A stretch of 64,000 nucleotides of DNA. Source: Catajapyx aquilonaris (Eukaryota). The translations under genes were made by a program, and so were the position numbers. Below, piece after piece: positions 11,032-23,200 of this stretch (within the stretch, counting starts at the first letter, position 1; every line of letters starts with the position of its first letter). The notes beneath the pieces were generated by a model, which worked only from the letters and a program-made list of their open reading frames with translations, did no database searches and was not told the origin of the DNA. The stretch is from assembly GCA_000934665.2 (NCBI GenBank), contig KZ538182.1:1-64000 (forward strand), given 5' to 3'.

Positions 11032-14000
11032 TGCCGGTAGAACTTAGGGGACGCCAAATTCGGTCGCATTGTGGACCACCAGTGCAATGCCTGGTACACA
11101 CGAAACACGCACCACCAAATAGACGCGGTCCATCGCATGAATCTGTCCATCGTATGAAAAGATGTCACTTCTCTTAACCATACTCAGGGGTTTTTAGCAA
11201 AATGTAGCAAACACCAACACACTGTGACGACTCTTCGAAAAAAAAAGAAGGTGCACCAAGTGGGCGACAAGTGCCAAGTGGCATCGTGTGTGTGCGCAGT
11301 TCCGTTCATTGGAGGGATTTGTTTTCTTCGTGCGGGGGCCATAGTTAATAAGGTTCTTTAAAAAAAAAAAAAGTGCCAACCAATTCATTTTTTTTTTCTT
11401 CTGGTGCCCCCATCGTAGCCATGTGCATATCATGGTGGTTTAAATGCGTGTACACGACACGCATACCTTCCAGTGCATTAAACGTTTTTGTCGTTTCATT
11501 ATTTCCCGCCCCCCGACGTTTCGTGGACAAGTCGGGAGAGGCGGACGAGGCCGGATTAATTTAATTAGTGTGGGGTCGTCACCGCCTCCTCCGCCCCTCC
11601 CCTTCGTTTCATTAACCATTTTTCCCCCGGTTGAAAAACTGTTGACTAAGCAATTTTGCCGTCTGCTAATGTGTCGTTGTGAAACTTGCTGCCTTCAGTA
11701 ACTTATTGCGACAAAAGTGTGTTTTTTAGGTGTCGTCCGCACTTTCTCCGTTTTTTGTTCGCTAAATGTGTGTGCGTGTTGTTTTTTTAAGATAAAAAAT
11801 TCACGTCCTTTTTTTTTTCCCAAAAGCTTCGACCCAACCCTCTCCTAACTTCAACCCCCGTATGTGTTGCACTGATTAAAAGTTCCGATCCCAACCGTAG
11901 CTCAGGTGGAGACGAAATCGGATCCGTCGCAGTTGCCCCATTAAATTGCAACCGACGCAATATCGAGGAAATGAAACCCGACAATCGCAGTGTTGCCGTA
12001 GCGCAACTGCAGTTTAATTTCTAGTCATGTTGCGATGTTTTTGACAGAACGACGAACCGTCGGAAATGCGACGCGATCCGATTTGCGTTTGACTAAGTCA
12101 ATCGAAGGGAAGTGCAGTCTTTTAATTTATCGTCCGCAGATCACCCGCCGTATTATTTTTGGGAGAGGGCCCCACAAGTGCCAGAGGATCTCATGTTCTT
12201 TTAATTTTTTCGTCAGACACTTGTCATTTCGTTTGCCAACCCAAGGTGTGCCAAGTTTTTAACGGAAACGGCAGGCTTAAACGTCCCCCCAAATTTTTTT
12301 TAAATCCCCAATTTTTTTTGCCAAAGTTTTTACCTCTTTAAAAAAATGAAGCGTTCGCAACGTTTCGTTCATCGTCACTTCGTTTTTTGTACATTTTGCC
12401 ATCATCAGCTCTTTTAAAAAACCTCCGCTAGGGAAGAACCGGAAGACTTTAAATCGCAAAGAGCTAGGAAAAATAAAAAAAAAGAGGAAAGTGAAAAAAA
12501 AATGCAAAGTATAATTATATATACAATTTATATATCTACTTATATATGAGACAACATATTCTCCTTGAGACGGATGATTTTAAAAGACCGTAAATTCTAT
12601 ATCCTTTTTTTTTTTTTTGGAAAAATCGTAACGAGAATTGATCTATTATTTAAACAAAAAATTTAAAGTGTGGTGTGTGTGTATTGTATAGACAAATGTG
12701 GGAGCGGTTTCTTCGGATTAATTTTGATGCTGTAAATACCTCGTTAACTCAAAGCGGATCAGTCGCCAGCACTTTTTTTTTAAGGCGGTTCACACGCATT
12801 TCAAAAATTATTAAAATCCGAGAGAGTTAGGGAGGTTCAGCAGCTCCGGAAGCTTAACGTGTAATGATGCGATGGAAATGTACGTAGGACAGTACGGAAA
12901 AAAAAATGGGGGGGAAAAAGAGCTGAGGTATCATCTCGGGTATTTTGTATGTTTGAATGTCTTTTTAGGGATTTTTCTGGGGGTTAGTTGTCGTACGACG
13001 GTTTATTTTCATTTTTTTTGTCGTCGTCCCACCCCCATTTAATTAGCTTAATTAGCTGACCAGTAGTGTTGTTCCTGTGCCCCCCCCTCCCAATTTTTTG
13101 ATAATGCATATACAATATATATTTGGAGCTACTTAGGTACTGTAGCGGTGTAGGTCGAATCGGATAAAACCATTTTTTTCTTCGCGTCCCTGAAACGTAA
13201 TAGGCGAGCTAACAATAGTGCAGTAAGGAATTTTAAATGTAGGAAAAAAGTTTAGGATAGTTTCCAAGAGTTAGACAAAATGGGATTTTTCAAAGTAGGG
13301 GCGGACGCCACTGGGTCGCTCCAAGGTCGCCTCCGACCCTTTGACCTTTCCGCGGCCGAGTGACGACCGCCACCGAACAAAAGTGAGGTTTTTAGTGTGT
13401 CTGCGATCCAATCCCATCCAATCTTTTTTCCCCCCCCCCTCTTTCGCTTCTCTTCTACTCTTGTACGGGGATAATATACATATTATATATATAAATATAT
13501 ACATTTAAAAAAATTTATTATATATACCAAGTACATACACCGGGGGGGATTTTAAAAAACGTACCTTTTTAAGCAGGTCAAATTTCTTTTTAGAAACCCT
13601 TGCCCCCACTTTTTTCCCCCCGATGCTTTTGCTCACGGCCGTCATCAGGTGACCTCGACCCCAGTGCAACCCCAATCGCCAGTTGCCGACCCGACATTGC
13701 AATATATTGGCGGTCGCATTCTCAAAAATTCATAATTGCAGCTCGGTCGGCGATTGCGCTCGCACTGTTGTTGCCCCCCGACCTTTGACCTGCGCAAATT
13801 TGATGACACTAATTAAAAACTAAGGTTTTAAGTAAATAACCTTTGTCGTTGTGTGTAGGCCTGAAAACGTTGGCCCCATGTGTTTTTGTAGGTGTAGTTT
13901 TTGGTGTATGTGAAACCCCCCCTGACCTGACCTTTTGACCTTTTAGTAAGCCAATCTGTAGCTCACGCCCCCCTTTAAAAAGTTGGCAAATTTTTTTTTT

Positions 14001-14648
14001 CTTCCCAGGAGGAATTTGCAAAGTAAAAAAAAACTCCACGGTTTTCTCCTTTTTGCTCAATTTAATCCCCGCAGGATTTAATGAAACCGACCGGTTTGAC
14101 CCCTGACCTCTCACGGAGAGGGAAAAAAAGGTCAAAAAATTTATTCCTCCAACTTTCACCCCACTTGTTATACTGTAGATGATTTTTTTTTTAATTAGTA
14201 GGTGGACCTTATTTCTTACATGTGCTGTTGACCCGCCCCGTCGACCTTTGACCTCTCAATACCAAAATGATCGTAATTACCTACAAAATGCTCAGTCCCA
14301 TTTTTCTTTTTTAATTTTTAAGTGTGTGGAAATTTTTTTTTTCTCTCCTACCCCCCCAAACCTTTGAAAAAAAATATATATCTGGATGATTTTTTTTTTC
14401 CCGTCCCCATTTGTAGTTAAAATTTTTAAAAATCCGCCGTGGGAACAACTACCAAGGGAAAAAAAAAAATTATAAAAAAAATGTTCTTTAAAAAATGGAT
14501 CGTACGAGAAAAAAAAAGGGATTGGAAAACAAGCTGAGAAGGGAAATGAAGTGATTGTGGAAAAGCTGAGTTAGCGCATTTTAATTACGACCCTTCCCCC
14601 GTTTAGCAGGATTACATTGGTTTGCGAAATAATTGCGGCGATGCAAAG

Positions 14649-16199
14649 TCAGTTGGGTCGCAGGTAGATGCGGGCGGTCATCTTCAGCCGCTGCGGCTCC
14701 CGCTGCTCCAGTGCGGCCACGGTGTTCACGTAGTCGTAGCACAGCTGGAAGGAGGCCAGAGCGGCTTCCGACTTGCCCTCCGCTATTCCCAGCTGGATGG
14801 ACGCCTTGTTGGCCTTCCGCCATACGACAACCCTGGAAAAAGCAAGACTTGTAACGCCAGTTGTGACACAGCCGATTGCTGCGTACTTGGGATCGTCATC
14901 GAACGTGTGCGAGTCGCCAAACTCGTCGTACTCGGCCGTGTCGTCCTTGGCCGGCAGCAGCACCTGCGAATTGGGCAAGGACAATCGCACTGTGGGAGTC
15001 GGCCCGATCGAAAAGGACGCCTGGCACACTCCGTCGCCTTCAGGCTGGCTCCTGCCGTCGTCCGCAGGCAGCATGGACACCAGCATCTGGTACGGAGACG
15101 GGTTGCTCACCTTCACTACGACCACACCCTCGGCCAAATCGAACCGGACCAGCCGCACCTCCGGAACATGGTAGCTGCAACGAATCGCATCAGTCGCAAT
15201 CAAACCAGAGAGCGCGTAACGTACAATGCGGCCAGCTGGATCTTGAACTTGATGGACGTCGGGTTGTACTCCGGCTTGGAGAGGTTGTGCTCGCACTGCT
15301 GGCACCGCTGCGACCGTTTGATCATCAGGTGCTTGTGCGGCGGAGGGGTCATCAGCTGACCCGCGGACTGGACCTCCGGTTGGGCCAGGCGCTGGCTCAT
15401 CCCGCTGACGTCGCTCAGGTTGAGGGCCAGCTCCAGGAAGGTCAGCGGGAGAGCGTCGACGTCCTCGGTGGCCACCGCGGGTGCCAGCTGCTGCGTCATA
15501 CCCGGCGATCCCTCCAGGCTGTCCTCCTTCCCCGTGGGTGGCAGCCCGGCCCGCTTCCGGCTCTGCGATGCGCTCAGCCCGAACTTGTCCTGAAACGCAG
15601 CCGCACGTTAGGCATGGATAGGCATGGATGGGGGGGGCCATACTGACGGCGTAGTTGAGGTAGGAGCGGCGCGGGAGGAACCGCTTCTTCTCCTTGTCCA
15701 TCTTCTCCCGCTGGGCCAGCGCCCGGTAGTGGTCCAGCAGCGACTGGATGCGGCCTGCATGCGGGTTCTCAGCGTCGCCCCACCCTCCGCTTGCAACGGG
15801 CTGGTCCTTAATCCCGACGTCCCTGGAGGTCCACCGGCAGAAGCTGCATGCCAGGTAGTAGACCTTCTTGGGAGGGGGCTTGGGGTCCTCCTGGCCACCA
15901 CCGCTTCTTTCCGGCTGGAGGGTGGAGGCCCGTGTGGAGAGGGTGTGCAGGCAGGAGGGGCAGTCGAAGCAGTTGGCGCAGCGGTTCTTCTTGAGCCTGG
16001 CCTCTGCGGAGGGCATGTTCTCCAGGCAGTTGGGGCAGTAGTGGGAGTCCACCTCGTGGGTGACGCAGCGGCCGCACCTCAGCTTGAGGCAGTGCCTGCA
16101 GAAGTAGGAGCGGGCCAGCGGGCGGAGGAGGCCGCACCCGCACAGGTACTGCACGGGGGACGGCTGGAACAGGTGGTGCGGGGAGTGCCAGCTGGACAT
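14649..16199 (-). CDS. DCTN4: Dynactin subunit 4 (p62). Exons 16199-15648, 15589-15225, 15174-14887, 14832-14649; 462 aa
   Basis: HEVDSHYCPNCLENMPSAEARLKKNRCANCFDCPSCLHTLSTRA, YYLACSFCRWTSRDVG, HKHLMIKRSQRCQQCEHNLSKPEYNPTSIKFKIQL, WRKANK; introns of 58, 50 and 54 bp restore one frame. Confidence 0.96.
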   Translation of the reverse strand: MSSWHSPHHLFQPSPVQYLCGCGLLRPLARSYFCRHCLKLRCGRCVTHEVDSHYCPNCLENMPSAEARLKKNRCANCFDCPSCLHTLSTRASTLQPERSGGGQEDPKPPPKKVYYLACSFCRWTSRDVGIKDQPVASGGWGDAENPHAGRIQSLLDHYRALAQREKMDKEKKRFLPRRSYLNYAVSMAPPIHAYPCLTCGCVSGQVRAERIAEPEAGRAATHGEGGQPGGIAGYDAAAGTRGGHRGRRRSPADLPGAGPQPERRQRDEPAPGPTGGPVRGSADDPSAAQAPDDQTVAAVPAVRAQPLQAGVQPDVHQVQDPAGRIVRYALSGLIATDAIRCSYHVPEVRLVRFDLAEGVVVVKVSNPSPYQMLVSMLPADDGRSQPEGDGVCQASFSIGPTPTVRLSLPNSQVLLPAKDDTAEYDEFGDSHTFDDDPKYAAIGCVTTGVTSLAFSRVVVWRKANKASIQLGIAEGKSEAALASFQLCYDYVNTVAALEQREPQRLKMTARIYLRPN

Positions 16200-16427
16200 G
16201 GTGGTCGGCAGCCTGCGGTGGAGGTGTCCGCTTTGACCTGCCTGCCTGCATATAATGGAATATGTTACATTACCCACTATAGGTAAGGCCTGTTGCGTGC
16301 AAAAGCAATGTTACGTTACACTCTACTTGTCAGTAAGGTCTGCAAGTGCGCAAGTAATGCTACATTACACGTTCAGAAGGTCATACAATGCAAACCAACT
16401 GGAGGAAATTCTAGGGCTGGTCAAGTC

Positions 16428-16545
16428 AACGTGCTCCTCTCCGGCGAGATGTTATATCAACGGCGAGAAGCGATATCGGCAAAACCCGATGTGCGTCCCT
16501 CCGGCGAGGCACATTCGAATGTGCTCCTCGCCGGAGAGAAAGTCA
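16428..16545. repeat. Short imperfect palindrome / MITE remnant
   Basis: CTCCGGCGAGGCACATTCGAATGTGCTCCTCGCCGGAG is self-complementary, with a partial upstream duplicate (GTGCTCCTCTCCGGCGAG). Confidence 0.45.
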
Positions 16546-17194
16546 TTGGGTGGCTGCCGGTGGCTGCAATTTATTCTAAATTCCGCCTTGGGGGCAGGGG
16601 GGGACACAATTTATAATTCGAATTAATGGTAGCCATAATTGCAATGGAACATGACCCCACGTATGTATTAAAATGAGTTCGGTAATAGTGGCAACCCCTT
16701 CAAAAATTGGGCAACGTTGCATTTGGGATCCAATATGGCGCCGCATGGACAGCCCTAATTTAAATAACGATGCAAATTGGTTCCATAATATTAATGCAAG
16801 CAATGCTGGATTTTTGCCATCCCATCGCAATGTTTAAATCGGTTTAAATTAGGGCAAACCAGGCCGTTCTTGCAACAACGGCAACACTGGCTCGTACTAG
16901 CTAGACATGGCAACACTGTCCGCGAACTATTATCTGCCAGCAGCTCACAAGCAGCTACATGAATATTACGCACTTCATGCCTCTTAATTGCAGGCTGTTG
17001 CATCGTACAAATTTTGCGGTACCGTGTGGTACGACCTGGCAATTAGTTCCAAGCCCATGCGCCCATAGTCATGCTCATCGTGGCCCTGGACGTGATGTAG
17101 TCGCTCGCTATTCCTTTTCCCAGCCACAAGCGGCTATCTTGTGTGCCCACCTAGCTGCTGCGCTAACTTCCGCCCCGACGTTGAGTCGGCCATA

Positions 17195-17224
17195 TTTGTT
17201 TCTTCCATCACTTTTGGTGAGGAG
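17195..17224 (+). promoter_or_regulatory. Probable RPS14 TCT-type start site / 5'TOP non-coding first exon; 5'UTR intron 17225-18018
   Basis: Pyrimidine tract TTTGTTTCTTCCATCACTTTT followed by strong donor GAG|GTGAGT; acceptor TTTCAG at 18013-18018, 21 nt before the RPS14 ATG. TCT/TOP starts are typical of ribosomal protein genes. Confidence 0.65.
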
Positions 17225-17582
17225 GTGAGTCGCCGTTGGGCCTTTTCAAATCCGGAGACATTCCCCTCAACCCGTGGCCATCCGCCATCCCCACCCGGAT
17301 CATCCGGATCCACCCTTCGCGCAGTGCCTGTTCCGGATCGGCTTCGACAGGTGAACGGTAGTGCAAAAGGGCCAGGAGAGGGGAAAGAAAAACAGGTGGA
17401 GAAAAAATATGTATTCGAACGTGGCCGAATCGGGCAAAAAAAATTAATTTTAATTCGTGCCGATTTTGACATGAAGATTTGCCAAATTTAATTCCGAGTT
17501 CGGGCCGGAAGTGCCACGGAATTTTTATAGCCATTTACAAGGTCGGCCCCAAAATGTCTGTAATCATCATTAATTGTAATGC

Positions 17583-17609
17583 TTATTACCCAGTGTGAGC
17601 TACCACCAG

Positions 17610-17677
<68 letters not shown>

Positions 17678-17834
17678 AATCCTTGCGTTGTTTGTATAAG
17701 CATTCTGATTGGTCCGCCACATATTGTCACTGCCACGCTTCCGATTGGCCCCTGTCTATTGTTACCGCGAAGGGTCGATTGGCCCTCGTTATTATTATTA
17801 TGAGGAGCTGGTGGTAGCCCATACTGGGTAATAA
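17583..17834. mobile_element. MITE-like foldback in the RPS14 5'UTR intron enclosing a (TTA)n microsatellite (~17613-17676)
   Basis: 30-bp inverted repeats TTATTACCCAGTGTGAGCTACCACCAGCTC (17583-17612) / GAGCTGGTGGTAGCCCATACTGGGTAATAA (17805-17834); partial end copies near 17865 and 17928. Confidence 0.7.
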
Positions 17835-18039
17835 CTACTACCTCTATGTATAATAATCGTGCATATTATCCAGTATGAGATAGTACGACCACCGTATTGT
17901 TTTTATAATTATTAAAATGCACATTAGTTATTACCCAGTGTGAGCTCCTTGTAGCTATGATATACCCAGCGCGGGATGCTGTCAACTTGTTAGTAACGAT
18001 GGACTTGTGTGGTTTCAGAGAGACGAGCCCTGAGTGAAG

Positions 18040-18557
18040 ATGGGTCCTCGCAAAGGGAAGGTGCAGCAGGAGCAGGTGCAGGTGTCCCTTGGCCCGCAGG
18101 TCAGGGAGGGGGAGCTGGTCTTCGGGGTGGCGCACATCTTCGCTTCCTTCAACGACACCTTTGTTCATGTCACTGACCTCTCCGGAAGGTTCGTTACCAG
18201 CCTCTCCTACTGTGACCTCGTGCTTGACCTATTTTTTGTTGTGCAAATAGGGAGACGATAGCCCGTGTGACTGGCGGGATGAAGGTGAAGGCGGACCGTG
18301 ACGAGGCCTCCCCTTATGCGGCCATGTTGGCGGCCCAGGATGTGGCGGAGAAGTGCAAGATTGTAGGCGTGACTGCGCTGCACATTAAGCTGCGCGCCAC
18401 TGGTGGGACCAAGACCAAGACGCCTGGCCCAGGGGCGCAGTCTGCGCTGAGGGCCCTGGCTAGGTCCGGCATCAAGATCGGGAGGATCGAGGACGTCACG
18501 CCCATTCCAACCGACTCCACTCGGAGGAAGGGAGGCAGGAGGGGAAGAAGGCTCTAA
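18040..18557 (+). CDS. RPS14: 40S ribosomal protein S14 (uS11). Exons 18040-18188, 18251-18557; 151 aa
   Basis: MGPRKGK...[55 protein letters not shown]...[14 protein letters not shown]. Confidence 0.99.
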
Positions 18558-19029
18558 TTTTGTGGTGGGGTTGGCTCGGTACGGAGCAGGCGCCTAAATA
18601 ATAAAAAATGTGAGCAGTTGACTCCATTTGGATTGTTCAGTACTCATCCTCTCTCACTTTTAAAAGCCATTCATTTCACAGAGGAAAAACTCCAGAGTCT
18701 CACCTTCAGACATTTGTTTAAATCACGCTTGCATGTATGACTTCACTTGCAACAGGGAAGATGTTGCATTGACAGATTATACAACAACACCATCACGACA
18801 TTTCCCTATAAGGGATAGTCAGCGATGACGGGAGCCACAAGCTAACCCAAAATAGGAACTAAATTAAAACTTGTGAAAATCAGCCATTGTGTAATCACAG
18901 CTTTGCACGCCCATGCCGCAACACTGCGTATGATAGACCATCGCCAACCACTCTTCATACAATATCACAATTGATGTTATCTGGATTGATTCTAGCTGAT
19001 ATGCATTTTTTTAAACTTTTCTTTCTGTT

Positions 19030-19810
19030 TTGAAATGAACTGGTGTATCCGAACTGATTTTTATTCTGCAGATTACGAAAATGACCTTGAAAGATCAATA
19101 ACACGTCAGGTTTTTTTCGCAAATCGTGAAAATGTTTTTTTGAATGTATTTTTAAATGACATATTCTGGATTAGCGTGTAGTTTTAAATTTTTCGCTTGC
19201 TACTTACACATCCGAGTCTTGACCCAACAACTCATGAACTCATTGGTCGCAAAACTACTTACCATTTTAAGGTCTTATAAATGTATACATAAAAAGTGTA
19301 ACCCAAAGCATGACAAGAGTTGGTGGGTTTTTCCCATCTACCTAAAATTCCCCACCACTTTGAAAATGCCTCAGTTCCGAACAATCTTAATTGGCAAAAG
19401 GGTTCGGAAGAGTCAGTTTAATAAAAGGAGACGTTGCAATAATATTGTGGATCTACGGTTATTATGCAGTACCGGTACTTATAAGAAATAATTGAAATCT
19501 GGCTGTGCCCACGACACTGTTCCAACATTTGTACTGGGCAACACCGTATTCCTGTCTGACTCTTCCGAATTTTGCTTTGAAATATGTATTTGTGTTTATC
19601 TATTTGTTACATATGCATTCCGTGCCGCCAGAGAACGTTTTCGCACCCTACAAACGATGTGATGTGTCAGTGTCATTTAAAGAATTACCTTTTGTTACAT
19701 TTTCACGTTTTCGTGATTCGTGAAAAAACCAGACGTGGTACGGATTTTTCAAGGATCTGCAGAAAATAATCCGTTCAGACAGACATTTCCATATCAAAAC
19801 AACAAGACCT
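19030..19810. mobile_element. Degenerate foldback DNA-transposon remnant
   Basis: Imperfect inverted arms ~19060-19140 (TTCTGCAGA...CTTGAAAGATC...ACGTCAGGTTTTTTTCGCAAATCGTGAAAATG) and ~19695-19770 (CATTTTCACG...TTCGTGAAAAAACCAGACGT...TTTCAAGGATCTGCAGAA). Confidence 0.5.
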
Positions 19811-20237
19811 TGCGTATCAGTGTTATTTTCAGAAAAATCCAAGATGGTCTAGCAACATTTAGGATTTTAGGCCCACTTGATTGGGGGAAAAACTGCTATA
19901 TTTGAGGAGGACTTTGGTTTTCCAGTGCTGTTTCTGTAAGTTTAGGCTCTGAATCACATTACAACTCTTTCTGTCGATGCAATTATGCAAATTTGTCATT
20001 GACGTGCATGCATTTTTTGCCGTTTCCCCACTCGACTTTGGGTGAGCCACGAGATATGAAATTCGCATTAACCAGATTACGTTCTGGTCATTTTTTCCCC
20101 CCTAGTGATAAGACACTTTGTTGGTATCTGGGCTGTATTTCAATAATAATGATATTAGGTAATGAGAGTAATAATGTAATAAGCAACGGTGGTTTGACAG
20201 TGGTGAGCGATGATGTGTGTTGGCTGTGGTCAGTCAG

Positions 20238-23200
20238 TCAGACTTGTAGGATGGAGTCCTGAGCGAACAAGCTCTCGTAGGCCGGAAGAGGAGCGGTGGC
20301 CACCACCACCAGCCTGACGTCGTCGTCGTGGCGTCCATTGCTGCTGCCTGATGGGGCGGCCACAATGGGCTCTGGAAGAGTGTCGTCGAGGAAGCCCTCG
20401 GACGACGCCACCGACGCCACCACGATGGCTTCCCCAGCAGCCATCACGTCCGTGGCCGATGCGGCATTGGAGGCGCCTATGCCATCGTCGGGCGAGTCGT
20501 CGTCCTCTTCCTCCCCGTCTTCGTCGTCCTCGTCGTTGTTGTCGTCCGGATGCTCGTGGTGAGTGTGGTAGCCTCTAACTGCTGCCAGAGAGCCTCTGTG
20601 GGACGGCAGCCTGGTGAGGAGCGGTCGCTGGGGCTGCAGGCAGAAGCCGAGGTGCATGTGCACTATGGCCAGCAGCACCAGCATGGCCCCTGCGCCGGAG
20701 CAGAGCCAGAGCCGGTGCGGCCTGGCCAGGAAGAAGCAGCCCAGGGCGCCGTACAGCACCGACTTCTTCCATCCGGAGAACCGGAGGATGGCGGCCCAGC
20801 AGGACGGGATGGACTGATGGGACATGTAGTGTGGCTGCTGGTGATGGGACTGCCTGCGGCTCATGCGGCGCTGCTGCTGCTGGACACCGTGGTGCTGGTG
20901 GCTGCAGTTGTAGGACAGCAGGGTGGGCGACGGGAGGGAGGACGGGGAAGGGGTGGACGACCCCGTGGCCATCAGGTCGTTGGACCGGTGGTGGTCAATC
21001 AGGTCTGGAGGCAGCAGGAGGCTCAGACGCCTGCCCGACGCCTTCCGTCTCAGCTGCAGGAAGAGGGTCACCACCCAGGCCGTCTCCAGGAAGAACAGCA
21101 GGATGGACGAGCACCTGAAACGGTCATTGTCATGCCCTCTGGTATATACACAGTACTGGCCGTCATGGTACGTACAGAGCCGCGGTGCCCCAGGTGTGCT
21201 GCCCGTGGTAGGTCAGGTCCACCCCGACTCCCAGGAGAACTGGTCAAGGGAGAAAAACGGTTGCCATCATTGCACTGGAAACAGTTAAAACATGTTTATA
21301 TCAAATGTGACATTGCATTGGAAAAGGTCAGGTCGCAGCCGTTGCCTCCGGAGAGAGTAATGAGAGGCGACATTTGCAATTAGTAATCAGGCTGTAATTA
21401 TATGGGTAGGGTTTTGGACATGGCCTGAATTTGCATTTACATGATGAGGGGGGGCTTCCACAGCTATATAGGGATCATCGATCTGACGTTTTGAGTGGGC
21501 GGAGGCGACGGATGCTGCGGATAGGGAAGGGGGAATGGACCAGCACCCCCTCCAAAAAATTTCTAGAAGAGGATATTATTACATCTCAGCAAAGTTTGCC
21601 AAAGACACGTGCCGCATAGTGGGTGGGGGGTTCTCAAACGTCACTAGGTTCATTCCCTTCCCCTGCACCCCACTACGGATACATCCCAAGAGTTAATTTG
21701 GGGCCACTTCTTCTTTCTGCAGACTCAGCCACTAATTGAGACGAAAATAGAATCCCTCCTCCTCCTCTCTTAGAAGAGATGCTCTGCTCCACTTGGGCTG
21801 CCCCATTTCCACCACCTCTCATCGTTATGTAATAAGTGTTGTTTCACAACAAAAGACCAGCAAAACAGCACTCGTTCAAAGAATCATGCGAAAACAGGCA
21901 CGCACTGTTCACATACACGGGATGACATGGGAAGTGGACCGGGGGTTGAGACCATCACTGTTCGAACCGCAAGTGGACCGGGTCCACTTGCGGTTTCGAA
22001 CAGTGATGGTCTCAACAACACTTCGATTCAATTGTTGCTGGGGGGTTGGCTATATACACACACGACTGCACCGATTGTTGCTGGAGGATTTGAAGCACTG
22101 CCCAATATTGTGGACCGGGTCCGGAACGGGTCCAGTTTCAGGCGGCACTGTGATATTGAGCTCAAATAATTCCTCTGCATGTTGACCATCAGGCTGATCA
22201 ATCTGTGTGCACACGCTGTTTGACCATTCAATAGCGGACCGGGACCGGGACCGTGTGAATGGCCCCTATACCAATTCCTTCGTGTTTTGTCTGTACACTG
22301 TTTGAACAATTAAAAGTGGACCGGGTCCGGTTTCAGGCGGCAAGTGTGAATTGCTTCAACAACATGTTGGCCATGGTTGATCAGGCAATCAGGCTGATCA
22401 CATATCAGTAAGCGGACCGGGTTCGGTTCCATTCGGGCCGTGTGAATGGCCCTTATGCGCGCTTATGTAGGGGCCATTCACACGGCCGGAATGGAACCGG
22501 ACCCGGTCCTCTTATACTGTATGTGCACCAAAAGTGGACCGGGACCGCTGTTTTCTTCGCGGCTGTGTGAACGGTTCCGTACCTGGTCCGATTCCATTCC
22601 GGTCGTGTATGTTGACCAGGTCATGACCTGTATACACTGACGAATCCAAAGTGGACCGGGTCCGGTTGTGGTCGTACCGGTTTCACCTATAAAATGTTTG
22701 TGCATTTTTTTTTTAAGGAGAGCTGTAAATAAATAGTTGGAACCAGTTGAGATGATGCCTGGAGGTCAAGGTCATCGGGTGACCCTCCCTCGGGCAATCC
22801 TCCAGAAACTTAATCGGTGCGAAGCTTATTCAATCAACTCCGGGTCGGCCCCCCGAATAATTATCATCGATGGGATTAATTAGCGCAGGTTTTGCCGCGT
22901 TTCCAAAAAAATTAAAAATGGTTCTAGTACAGGGTGTGTGTGTGTGCTGTAGGCCTACTATTATACACACACGCAAGCGAGCACGTGTTGCGAAAAATCG
23001 TAAACTTGAAACAGTGTACATGTGTGTGGATGGTGACCTTGGTGTGTGATCAGGCGAGGTTTCAACCAGCCAATCAGTAGCCGATTCCTATTTTCTGTAT
23101 GTATTTTTTTCTCCCCTGTCAATTATTATTGCTGCAGAGAAACTCTCCGTAACATATCGGATGTTCGCACCTAATTGAAGCAATCACTGACGCACGTTGT

